From: a virus
IMG/VR virus record: IMGVR_UViG_3300025141_015510
Coordinates: 1-32,000 of that record
Length of the DNA: 32,000 nucleotides
Reading direction: 5' to 3' (one strand)
In this document: piece after piece, positions 21,768 to 31,002 of the stretch
Numbering within the stretch: the first letter of the stretch is position 1
Layout of the letters: every line of letters starts with the position of its first letter
The notes under the pieces: generated by a model
The model's database searches: none
Told to the model about the DNA's origin: nothing
Seen by the model: the letters and a program-made list of their open reading frames with translations, nothing else
Made by a program: the position numbers and the translations under genes

Positions 21768-22761
21768 AGATATAAATAAACAAGGCGGATTGTTAATAAT
21801 TGATTTTGAACTATTATCTGGGGGAATGGTTAGTCAGCTTAAAAAAATATCAACTGAGCTAACTCTGTTTTTAAAAGCTCAGTCTCAGAAATGTACAATA
21901 TCTCCGATTCCAAGTGAAGGAATTGTGAGGTTTGAAATATTAGTAGGCAAACAAGAAGTTGTAACTCTATCTAGTTTTGGAATAAAATCTACATTGTTTA
22001 TGGATAAAGAAATTCCGATTATATTAGGAAAGGATGCCAGAGGTAAACCACTAGTTGTGGATCTTACAGAAATGCCCCATTTGTTAATTGCCGGGGCAAC
22101 TGGTTCTGGTAAATCTATGGCATTACATAATTTTATTATTAATATATTGATCAACAAAGACGCAAATGTGAAACTAGCGTTGGTTGATCCAAAAAGAGTA
22201 GAGTTTTTCCGATATAAGAGAGTGAAGAAGATATTCAACATGGCTTCTTCTGTCGATGAATCAATTGAATTATTTAGCTCATTGGTCGTTGAGATGGAGC
22301 GACGTTTTAAAATACTAGAAAAAAAGAAGTGTAGAAATTTAATAGAATATAATGAGAAGAAGAGGAAAAAAATTCCTTATATTGTTCTTGTCGTTGATGA
22401 GATGGCCGACTTAATGGTGGAAGCTAAGAAAAAAATTGAACCATTGATCTCCAAACTTTCTCAGAAGTCTAGAGCTTGTGGAATTCATTTAATTATGGCA
22501 ACACAAAGACCCTCTACTAATGTTATAACAGGAGTTATTAAGGCAAATTTTCCTAGTAGAATTAGTTTTAAAGTAAGCTCAATGGTTGATAGCAGAGTTG
22601 TTTTTGACACAAATGGAGCAGAAAAATTATTAGGAAAGGGAGATGGCATGATAAGTGCGCCAGAATTACCCTTTGTAAGATTTCAGGGAATATTTATTCC
22701 TATTAATGAATTAGATAATATAATTAAAGAAAATAATAAAAGCATTCTTAGGTGGTGGTAA
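21697..22761 (+). CDS. FtsK/SpoIIIE-family DNA translocase ATPase (motor domain only)
   Basis: Walker A LLIAGATGSGKS, Walker B IVLVVDEMADL, GIHLIMATQRPS, VIKANFPSRISFKVSS..DSR...D..GAEKLLGKGD. No membrane N-terminus and no gamma domain. Start at 21697 or 21706. Confidence 0.8.
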   Translation: MRNMIKKEEINRLIQNLGVKAQVKDINKQGGLLIIDFELLSGGMVSQLKKISTELTLFLKAQSQKCTISPIPSEGIVRFEILVGKQEVVTLSSFGIKSTLFMDKEIPIILGKDARGKPLVVDLTEMPHLLIAGATGSGKSMALHNFIINILINKDANVKLALVDPKRVEFFRYKRVKKIFNMASSVDESIELFSSLVVEMERRFKILEKKKCRNLIEYNEKKRKKIPYIVLVVDEMADLMVEAKKKIEPLISKLSQKSRACGIHLIMATQRPSTNVITGVIKANFPSRISFKVSSMVDSRVVFDTNGAEKLLGKGDGMISAPELPFVRFQGIFIPINELDNIIKENNKSILRWW

Positions 22762-22762
22762 A

Positions 22763-23356
22763 ATGTTTGATGTAATAACTCCAGAAGAGTTGTGGAAGCT
22801 AAAAGATCATATTTTAGAAAGGCTCAATTTTGTTGAGTTATTGCTTGATTATGGCATAGAAGTATCAGATGAGTCATATAATTCTTTTAGATATAAATCT
22901 AGCTGCCCGCTACCAGGTCATTATGGTAATGGTGAAAATGGTGAAGATAGAACTCCTTCCTTTTGTATTTCAGATAAAAATACTTTTTATTGTTTTGGTT
23001 GCTCTTCTCATGGCAATGCACTTGATTTTATAAGCAAGATGGAAGGAACTCCGATTATAGAAATTCTTAGAATTTTGGGACAGAAGTATGGTCTTATAGA
23101 GGGCGGGTCTATCAAAGATACTATAAAATTTACAAAAGAAAGAAAGAAGAAAAACCCAGTAATTGATGACATTGTACATGATACATATATATTAATTCGA
23201 AAATATAGGAAGAAACATAACGATAATGACTGGGTTGAGAAGTTATCAAAAGTTGCCGAATCTTTATTTAATAAATTAGAGTTTCAAAATTGGGAGAAAG
23301 CTCTTTCTATTAAAAATAAAGTAATAGAAAAATTAGAAGAGCGAGGTAATAAATGA
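22763..23356 (+). CDS. DnaG-type CHC2 zinc-finger protein (primase zinc-binding domain only, no Toprim)
   Basis: CPLPGHYGNGENGEDRTPSFCISDKNTFYCFGCSSHGNALDFI matches CP.H....TPSF.......F.CFGCG..G..I.F. Confidence 0.7.
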   Translation: MFDVITPEELWKLKDHILERLNFVELLLDYGIEVSDESYNSFRYKSSCPLPGHYGNGENGEDRTPSFCISDKNTFYCFGCSSHGNALDFISKMEGTPIIEILRILGQKYGLIEGGSIKDTIKFTKERKKKNPVIDDIVHDTYILIRKYRKKHNDNDWVEKLSKVAESLFNKLEFQNWEKALSIKNKVIEKLEERGNK

Positions 23357-24561
23357 AATTAGTTTGTTTACTTGGAGATCCACATTTTGGAGCAAGCTAT
23401 TCTCTTGGGGGAATTGATGGCAAAACTCAAATAAATAATAGATTATTAGATTATAGCAACACATTTGATTATGTTACTAATTATGTTTTAAATAATAACA
23501 TTCCACATTTAATTATTTTGGGAGATAACTTTGAACATAGTAGGCCATCACCCATTGAATTGAGCCTATTTGCAAAGAAACTACATAGATTATCCGAACA
23601 AGGTGTCATGGTGCATATTATTGTCGGCAATCATGATTTAATTAGGTCTAATAAGGCAACTACTCTAGATGTTTTCAAACAACTTCAACTAGAAAATATT
23701 AAAATATATTCGACAATTTCTAGCATAACTATTTCAAATTGTGATAACAATTTAAATATAATATTTCTTCCATATAGATCTAAGCATATGTTAAGATTAA
23801 AAACAAATGATGAAGCAGTTGAATATATTAAAAACAGAATACAATTTGAATTGGAAGAAAATTGTAATAATAGTTACCCAACTATTTTAGCTGGTCATAT
23901 GACAGTTAAGGGATCTGATGTGAGTCATTTGTTGCTAAGTTATGATGTTAGTTCTGAGATTATTTTACCCAGAAAGCTCTTTAAAAATATCGATATGTCA
24001 TTTTTTGGGCATATTCATAATTTTAGTGTTCTTAATAAAAATCCTTATGTTGTTAATTTAGGATCTATGGAGAGAAATAATTTCAGCGATTTAGATATTG
24101 AGAAAAAAATTGTTACCGTCAGTCTTGATAATAATAAAATCTCTGATGAGTATAATATCATACCAGTTAGAAACTTACATGAAATACAAATAGATTGTAC
24201 TCAAATTCCTACAGAAACAACAATGAAATATATTATACTAGCACTAAGAAGATATCATAAGGAAAATAGCATAGAAGATGGTATCGTGAGAATAAAAATA
24301 TTTGTTTCTAATTCAAATTTTAATGAAGTAGATTTATCTAAGATACGTAAATATCTTAGAGCGAAAAAGATTTTTTATTGTTCGGCAATTAATATAATAA
24401 CTTTAACTATGAGACAGCCGAGAAGAGCATCTATTACCGAAAAAAGTTCTGACCTAGATGCTTTTAAGGAATATTTAGATTTAGTAGTTGAGGATAAGGA
24501 CTTCCAAACTCAATTATTGGAGAAGGGCGAACAAATAATAATATCTGGAGGATCAAAATGA
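23353..24561 (+). CDS. sbcD: SbcD/Mre11-family nuclease
   Basis: Calcineurin-like phosphoesterase motifs GDPHFG, ILGDNFEH, GNHD, AGHM, GHIH. ATGA overlaps on both sides. Confidence 0.8.
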   Translation: MKLVCLLGDPHFGASYSLGGIDGKTQINNRLLDYSNTFDYVTNYVLNNNIPHLIILGDNFEHSRPSPIELSLFAKKLHRLSEQGVMVHIIVGNHDLIRSNKATTLDVFKQLQLENIKIYSTISSITISNCDNNLNIIFLPYRSKHMLRLKTNDEAVEYIKNRIQFELEENCNNSYPTILAGHMTVKGSDVSHLLLSYDVSSEIILPRKLFKNIDMSFFGHIHNFSVLNKNPYVVNLGSMERNNFSDLDIEKKIVTVSLDNNKISDEYNIIPVRNLHEIQIDCTQIPTETTMKYIILALRRYHKENSIEDGIVRIKIFVSNSNFNEVDLSKIRKYLRAKKIFYCSAINIITLTMRQPRRASITEKSSDLDAFKEYLDLVVEDKDFQTQLLEKGEQIIISGGSK

Positions 24562-26705
24562 ATCCTATTAAATTAGAATTACGAAACTTCAGATGTTTTA
24601 ATAATTTAACAATAAATTTTGATCCATTTAATGTAGCTTTAATAATTGGTGAGGAATATGGAAATGTTGACATATCTAATGGTGTTGGAAAAAGTACAAT
24701 ATTTGAGGGTTTAACTTGGGTATTATTCAATAAATCTAAGTCTAGAACTATTGAAAAAGTTATAAAAATAGGTAAGACAATTGTATCTGGAACCTTTATT
24801 TTTATGAAAGATGGAGAAAAGTTCAAAGTTACAAGAAGAATGAGTCGCAAAAATAATGCATCAGAGGTCTTATTTTATAAGAAGACAGGAAAGAGTTGGA
24901 CAAGAATTTGCGAAGATGGCACTCCCAGTTTAGTTACAAAAACAGTAATCCAAACTATTGGTGCTCAATATGATACATTTTTAAATTCAACATATTTTAA
25001 ACAAGATGATATTACCAAATTTGCTGATGCTAGCCCATCTGAAAGAAAGGAAATTTTAAAAGAGGCATTACATATTAACATTTGGGATAAATATCAATCT
25101 GCAGCGAAAGCATTTCTTAAAGATTTTAAAATAAGAAAAGTTTTATTAGATAAGAGAGTATCAGAATTTGCCGATCTAGACGAAGAGGCTTTAGGACTTA
25201 TTGAACAACAATCTGATGCCGAAGAAAATATGGAAATTTCTAAAGATAGTATAGAACAATTAGAAGAAGAATTAAGTGGTTGCCGAAATCAATTATCAAA
25301 GTTATTATCTTCTGGGGTAGACAATAGCAGCAACCAATACAACATTCATGTAGTAGATAAAAAGCAGTTATTAAAAGATCTAGAGCAAGTGACGAAAAAA
25401 ATAAATTTTATCAAAGATGCTATAAAAAAGAATAATTCAAAGATAGCTAAAATTAGTCAAAGTAAGGCGGATCTTTCAAGAAAAATGGACAAGGCACAAA
25501 GTGGCAAATTTGTTTCTGATATGCTATTAGGAGATGATCAGTTACAAAAACAAATTGTAGACTGTACTGAAGAATTAGATAAGGCGAAAGAACATCTTAC
25601 AAAATACAAATTGCAGCTGAAGCAATTAGATTTCTTACAGCCGGGAAAGCAATGTCCTACATGTTTGTCAGATTTTGAAGAATTGGATTCGGTAGTTGTT
25701 AGGCGCAAAAATAAAAAGGAATATTTAGAATCTCAGATAGACAAGTCTTCAAAAAATCAGGAGAACAAGGAGAAAGAGCTTAGTTCAGTTATTGCACTTA
25801 ATAAAAAAACAAAGAAAATAATATCTGATATTGATAAGGCCAAGTTAGTATTATCTAAATATGTAATGGAGGAAGAGTTCATTCATAAAGATAATGAAAA
25901 ATTTCAGATTAATCTTTCAAATCTTATTTCTAAAAAGGAAGTACAAGAGAAATCTCTGTTAAAAATAAGAGAATTAATCAAAGATTGTAAGGTTTTCAAA
26001 GATAGTCAAGATAAAATTGACAATTTGAGAGCATGTGAGGAATCTATTGAGGCGAATATCTCTGTATTACACGAAGAATTATTAGAACGTGGAATTGATC
26101 TTGGATCTATAAAAGCAAAAATAGAAGAAAATAATAGATTAAAGTCTGAAAGAGTTATTTTGTTAAGTCAGCAAGAAGATCTTAAGGAAGAGACAAGAAT
26201 ATATAAATATCTTGTTAAGTCATTTGGAAAAGATGGAGTTCCCGCAATTATTGTTGAAAATATTACTCAAGAATTGAGACAATTTGCAAATCAAATGTTA
26301 GAAAAAGTTTGTCATAGGCCAACATCTATTGATTTTATTACACAAAAGAAGAATGATAATGGTTCATGGGGAGAAACTTTTGAAATAATTGTTACAATGG
26401 ATGGCACAGAATTTGAATTAAGAGATTTGAGCGGTGGAGAAAAAATAAGAATTTCGATAGCTATAAGGCTGGCCATTAGTCATATTCTCACAAGACGAAT
26501 GGGTAGCGGAATTAATTTTTTATTACTCGATGAAGTAGATCAGTCTTTGGACAAGCATGGTGTAGAGTCTTTGGCGGGCATGATTCACCTTCTTAGTGGA
26601 TCTTATAAAATTCTTATAATTACGCACAATGATATTATGAAAGAAAAATTTAGCAATATTATTACTGTGCGCAGGAATAAGGGACAGAGTATAATATTAC
26701 AGTAA
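24558..26705 (+). CDS. sbcC: SbcC/Rad50-family ATPase
   Basis: Walker A NGVGKSTIFE, long coiled coil with zinc hook CPTC, signature LSGGEK, Walker B FLLLDEVD. Confidence 0.85.
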   Translation: MNPIKLELRNFRCFNNLTINFDPFNVALIIGEEYGNVDISNGVGKSTIFEGLTWVLFNKSKSRTIEKVIKIGKTIVSGTFIFMKDGEKFKVTRRMSRKNNASEVLFYKKTGKSWTRICEDGTPSLVTKTVIQTIGAQYDTFLNSTYFKQDDITKFADASPSERKEILKEALHINIWDKYQSAAKAFLKDFKIRKVLLDKRVSEFADLDEEALGLIEQQSDAEENMEISKDSIEQLEEELSGCRNQLSKLLSSGVDNSSNQYNIHVVDKKQLLKDLEQVTKKINFIKDAIKKNNSKIAKISQSKADLSRKMDKAQSGKFVSDMLLGDDQLQKQIVDCTEELDKAKEHLTKYKLQLKQLDFLQPGKQCPTCLSDFEELDSVVVRRKNKKEYLESQIDKSSKNQENKEKELSSVIALNKKTKKIISDIDKAKLVLSKYVMEEEFIHKDNEKFQINLSNLISKKEVQEKSLLKIRELIKDCKVFKDSQDKIDNLRACEESIEANISVLHEELLERGIDLGSIKAKIEENNRLKSERVILLSQQEDLKEETRIYKYLVKSFGKDGVPAIIVENITQELRQFANQMLEKVCHRPTSIDFITQKKNDNGSWGETFEIIVTMDGTEFELRDLSGGEKIRISIAIRLAISHILTRRMGSGINFLLLDEVDQSLDKHGVESLAGMIHLLSGSYKILIITHNDIMKEKFSNIITVRRNKGQSIILQ

Positions 26706-26738
26706 ACCTACTAATTTATTTGTATATTAGGAGAAATT

Positions 26739-27248
26739 ATGATTATTGGATTAATTGGAGAACCTCGGGCCGGAAAAGACGAAGTGGCTAATTTTTTGGT
26801 AAAACATTATGATTTCAAAAAGATAGCGTTTGCTGACCAGATAAAAAAAGAATATTTTATTAAAACGGGGTTGACAATAAATAGCTATGAGAAGTTAAAG
26901 AGAAAAGGCCAGTGTGGTGATGTTAGAGAAGGGTTATGGGCTTATAGTAAGTTAATGAAAGATGCTAATGGTCAAGATTATTTTATAAAAGTTGTTCTTA
27001 ATAAAATAAATCAAGATGCTAAGTGGGTGATAACTGATATAAGGACTAAACTTGAGTTAGAGATGGTGTTAGAAAAAAAAGCTGAGATAATACTTGTTAA
27101 TAGATCAAAGTTAAATAATAAAATTAAAGAATCTGAGTTAGTTATTAGTGATGTTACAAAGTTTGATATTATAAACAACAATCAGTCAATTGAGGAATTA
27201 AATTCCTGTCTGACCGATTTTTTTAAAAGGAAATTTGTGGACTCATGA
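26739..27248 (+). CDS. deoxynucleoside monophosphate kinase-like P-loop kinase (T4 gp1-like)
   Basis: IIGLIGEPRAGKDEVANFL parallels T4 Dnk IFLSGVKRSGKDTTADFI. WVITDIRTKLE parallels VPDTRQDHE. Confidence 0.55.
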   Translation: MIIGLIGEPRAGKDEVANFLVKHYDFKKIAFADQIKKEYFIKTGLTINSYEKLKRKGQCGDVREGLWAYSKLMKDANGQDYFIKVVLNKINQDAKWVITDIRTKLELEMVLEKKAEIILVNRSKLNNKIKESELVISDVTKFDIINNNQSIEELNSCLTDFFKRKFVDS

Positions 27249-27392
27249 GAGTTACATGAATAGATATTTCTTTATATTGAATTAGCATTTTAAATAAAAT
27301 GTTAAGTGGGGAATAGAATTTGGCGTCCAAAGATAGATTTTTAAGAGATGTTAGATATTGCCAAGGAGATATATTATATAAGAAAGGTATAA

Positions 27393-27695
27393 ATGAACAA
27401 AGATCAAGCAAAGAAAGATTTAGAAAATGTTTTAGATGTAATTCAGAAGTTTAGTTATGACAAAGCTTATAGCAAGCTTCTTTCTGATTTTATGAAAAAA
27501 AAGAACGTATCTGTAGATGTTGATAGTTATGTATTATCACTTTCCGATACGCTGCTAGAATTTTCGCGAAAAGATAAATCACGAAGAGCATTATTTCTCA
27601 ATGGTCATAGGCTTATGAGGAGACTTGCTCATCAAATATATAGAGAATATAATGATGGAAGAGTAAAAGAAGGATTTCTTTCATTAGTTAGGTGA
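27393..27695 (+). CDS. hypothetical protein
   Basis: 100 aa. First gene after a 144-nt non-coding gap. Confidence 0.45.
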   Translation: MNKDQAKKDLENVLDVIQKFSYDKAYSKLLSDFMKKKNVSVDVDSYVLSLSDTLLEFSRKDKSRRALFLNGHRLMRRLAHQIYREYNDGRVKEGFLSLVR

Positions 27696-27699
27696 CTAA

Positions 27700-28602
27700 A
27701 TGGCTGTACTTTCAATAACGCTTACTGGCTCGACACGACAATTAATATCAGGAATTCCTCAAGTTGTTAGTATTACAACTAGTGCTCCTTCTTTAATATT
27801 TTATACATTAGATGGAACAGTGCCGACAACTTCATCTTTTGTTTATGTTGCTCCAATTGAATTACCTGGTGAAATAAGTATTAGATTGAGGGTTTATGCT
27901 GTAAGTGGCGCTTTGACAGCTTATTCTGACGTTACCTATTCAACCAATTCTGTTTTGCTTACCTCTCCAAGAAGAATAGATTCTAGTGGGATTGGCATCA
28001 CAGTTGATGGTTTTACGGCCACAGATGTATTTGTTGACGGGTATGAGCTTGATTCTAGCAATTCTACTACAGTACCAGCCCGATCACATGATAAAGAATT
28101 AGTTGATTATGATCTAATATTTTCTAAAACTGGTCCTGGTGGCGAAGGAGATGGGACTTTAATTTCTATAGGGTATCCTGACCCAGATGTTTTAGAAAGA
28201 CAATATTCTGCCGTAGAAGAATCGCCAAGCTCCCCAAATAATAATAATGTGAATTTCAATCCTCGTTCTTTATTTGTACAAATTGATGGAAGAGATGGAT
28301 ATTCGGATCAATCTGTTCTAATTATAAATAGACCTTATGGAAGCACAATGGATTTAAAAAGATATTATAATGGAGCATCTATGTATAACCCTGAGCCATA
28401 TGTTTCTGGAGGTTTATTGAGACCAATATATGATAAAATTAATGGTGAAGCATATTTCCCATATTGGGATAGTAATGAGTTGAGATGGGTCATAAGTAGA
28501 CAAAGTTTTGATGTAACTAATTCTCAAAACTTTGGCTTGTCTGCTCAGACCGGCAATCCATTAGTGTTTAAGTGGATTTACGGCAAGCGAAGTAGTTTAT
28601 AA
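27700..28602 (+). CDS. possible virion/structural protein with N-terminal chitobiase/hexosaminidase-C-like (FYTLDG..PT) Ig-like domain
   Basis: IFYTLDGTVPTTSSFVYVAPIELPGEISIRLRVYAVSG matches the CHB_HEX_C_1 / Fn3-associated pattern. Composition is visibly less AT-rich than the neighbouring genes. Confidence 0.4.
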   Translation: MAVLSITLTGSTRQLISGIPQVVSITTSAPSLIFYTLDGTVPTTSSFVYVAPIELPGEISIRLRVYAVSGALTAYSDVTYSTNSVLLTSPRRIDSSGIGITVDGFTATDVFVDGYELDSSNSTTVPARSHDKELVDYDLIFSKTGPGGEGDGTLISIGYPDPDVLERQYSAVEESPSSPNNNNVNFNPRSLFVQIDGRDGYSDQSVLIINRPYGSTMDLKRYYNGASMYNPEPYVSGGLLRPIYDKINGEAYFPYWDSNELRWVISRQSFDVTNSQNFGLSAQTGNPLVFKWIYGKRSSL

Positions 28603-28611
28603 AGGAAAAAT

Positions 28612-29436
28612 ATGAAAAGAGAAAAGAGAGATCCTAACAAATTGTATTTATCACCATCAAGCGTGAAAACATATGAGCAATGTCCTAGAAAATACTATTA
28701 CAATTACATCAAAAAGTTGCCGAAAAAAGAAATGATACATCTTCATTTAGGCACTTTCTGTCATGATATTTTAGAAAAATTTCATATTGCGCTGCCAACA
28801 TCAGATATAGTTTGCGATAGTGAAGATGGAAGTTCTTGCAAAAGCTTTGATGAAACAGGAAAATGTATACATATTTATAGAAAGTTAATGAATAAAATAT
28901 TTCCTGAAAGAAAAAAGATATTGGCAGAAAAAGAAAATATAATTTTACCAAAAGCTCAATTAATGGATGCTCAAGCCATGATTAAGAATTATATTGATAA
29001 TCTTGATACTGATACAGTCAATGGTATTCTATATAATGAGAGGAAATTTTGTTTTGCCTTGACTGACAAATATATGGCAAATGGAATTATGGACCGCATT
29101 GATGTAAGAGATGGTGTTTATTATTTGGTTGATTATAAGACCAATAAAAATGCTAAATATATGGAGCCTTTTCAGTTATATGTTTATGGGTTGGCTCTAG
29201 ATACATATAACGACATTGACGGTGACACAAGCACCATTCATGCCCTATATAAGATGTTACGACTTAATAGAGAATTACCATATAAGGTTGGGCAATATGA
29301 GAAAGATGAGTGTAAGAGAAAGCTTATAGAATATGGTGATAAAATTACAGCAGATCAAAAATGGATTATGAAATCTGGCCCATTATGTAACTGGTGTGAT
29401 TATAAAGACATATGTTTTAACCCTAACGAATGGTAA
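28612..29436 (+). CDS. Cas4/RecB/AddB-like PD-(D/E)XK exonuclease with Fe-S cysteine cluster
   Basis: N-terminal YEQCPRKYYYNYI. Core DRIDV...YYLVDYKT. C-terminal CNWCDYKDIC (1+3 Cys arrangement typical of Cas4-like nucleases). Confidence 0.7.
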   Translation: MKREKRDPNKLYLSPSSVKTYEQCPRKYYYNYIKKLPKKEMIHLHLGTFCHDILEKFHIALPTSDIVCDSEDGSSCKSFDETGKCIHIYRKLMNKIFPERKKILAEKENIILPKAQLMDAQAMIKNYIDNLDTDTVNGILYNERKFCFALTDKYMANGIMDRIDVRDGVYYLVDYKTNKNAKYMEPFQLYVYGLALDTYNDIDGDTSTIHALYKMLRLNRELPYKVGQYEKDECKRKLIEYGDKITADQKWIMKSGPLCNWCDYKDICFNPNEW

Positions 29437-29444
29437 AATAAATA

Positions 29445-30995
29445 TTGGAAAGTTTAACGGCAATAGAAGAAGAAATAAAATCCAATCCCATCACAGAGTC
29501 AAGAAAAGCAGAAATTGTTTCATTTCTATCATCCAAAATTGGCAAGACTGTTTATTTCAGATACTATAAAAAGTTTCCAAGTTATTTTGATAATAATGAG
29601 TCTGGACAACATTGGGAAATTCGTAATAAGATTGAAAAGGTTTTAGACACATATATTGAGAGAAAGCCAGATATTTTATTAGGTGCCTATATGTGGTCTT
29701 CATTAAGAAGATATGTGTTTAAAGAGATTATTCTTAAGTCTTATGCATATATTAAATCTGAAAAAGGAATAATGAAATGTCCTGTTTGTAAATACGATGA
29801 GTATTTGGAATTAGTAAATCCTTTTTTGCGTATTTATAAATGTTCCCACTGTGAAGATATAATAAATTCCTTAGTATTTGAAGAAAACAGTGATGAGTAT
29901 TATAAACATAAAACATTTAGTTTTTTTACAGAAGACGGAGTAGAATGTCTCGGTTGTGAAAAAATCATCCCCATAAGTGCCTTAGATATCAAAATGTCTT
30001 GGATTGATACTGATTATGCACAATTAATTATAAATGGCATCGAAGAAGACTCCTTGCCTGATGAATTAATGCAAACAAATCTAAAATGTCCACATTGTTT
30101 TGACGTGTTTAAGCTAAAAGATTCTACTCAGAAAAGTTTAGCGTCAACAAAATATCATAGAAAATATAAAGAAATCCCAATTGAAAATGTTATAATAGTG
30201 AATAAGGACAATACCTATTCTGTTTTTTATAAAAATATTGATGCGGTTAAAAAATCTAATATTCTAATTGAAGAATTGATCATAAAACTTGATCGTATTG
30301 AGCCTAATAGTTTTAATAAATGTCTTAAAAGATATTTATACATTTCTCAAATTATGTGGATAAAGAAATATTGGAACTATGCACCTGATTATTTCTTTCA
30401 CAAAACAGATATTTTGGGAATGGATATTCATAAAACAATGTTTGACATGTGGTTAAAGGTAATAGAGAACAATCTAGAAGAATTAAGAAAGTTTAAAAAT
30501 ATAGATAGCATAGAGGATTTAAAATGGTTTTGTCGGGCTCCCAATTTTAATTCTGGGCCTATTGACACCTTTGTTGTAGAAGTAAAAGAAAATAATAGAA
30601 TAAAAAATAATACAAATTTAATTGATTTAAAATCCAATAAATGGAATATTAGAATGGCAAAAGTTTTAAGCATAGATAAGGTACAGAATGAGGAACTTTT
30701 TCCGATTAATTTTTCAGAAAACGTCTTGACAATGACTTGGCAGGACATAATTATTAATCAAAGGGGCAAATTAAGGCCGAATGATGTTGTTTCAGTAACG
30801 GCGATAATGATGCCAGGACATCCATCCCATGCTCCAATACGAGCTTTGTTAAGAATAAGATCGGATGTTTTAGCTAATATAATTTCTAAGGTCATAGAAG
30901 AAGAAAACTCACATAGGGATAAAGACTTCTGGGATTTTAGAGATGTGAAAGTTAAGTTGGCTAGAATAAACACAGAAATAGATATAAGAGTGTGA
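29445..30995 (+). CDS. large hypothetical protein with several zinc-ribbon-like CxxC pairs
   Basis: 516-aa ORF. CPVCKYDEY...YKCSHC, CLGC, CPHC. TTG start without a clear SD, so the start is uncertain. Confidence 0.45.
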   Translation: MESLTAIEEEIKSNPITESRKAEIVSFLSSKIGKTVYFRYYKKFPSYFDNNESGQHWEIRNKIEKVLDTYIERKPDILLGAYMWSSLRRYVFKEIILKSYAYIKSEKGIMKCPVCKYDEYLELVNPFLRIYKCSHCEDIINSLVFEENSDEYYKHKTFSFFTEDGVECLGCEKIIPISALDIKMSWIDTDYAQLIINGIEEDSLPDELMQTNLKCPHCFDVFKLKDSTQKSLASTKYHRKYKEIPIENVIIVNKDNTYSVFYKNIDAVKKSNILIEELIIKLDRIEPNSFNKCLKRYLYISQIMWIKKYWNYAPDYFFHKTDILGMDIHKTMFDMWLKVIENNLEELRKFKNIDSIEDLKWFCRAPNFNSGPIDTFVVEVKENNRIKNNTNLIDLKSNKWNIRMAKVLSIDKVQNEELFPINFSENVLTMTWQDIIINQRGKLRPNDVVSVTAIMMPGHPSHAPIRALLRIRSDVLANIISKVIEEENSHRDKDFWDFRDVKVKLARINTEIDIRV

Positions 30996-31002
30996 GGTAT
31001 AA

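Noticed and set aside
13656-27288. Shared octamer ATTAGCAT in two intergenic regions (13656-13663 and 27281-27288)
   Set aside because: A single 8-mer shared between AT-rich spacers is expected by chance, and there is no consistent distance to the start codons.
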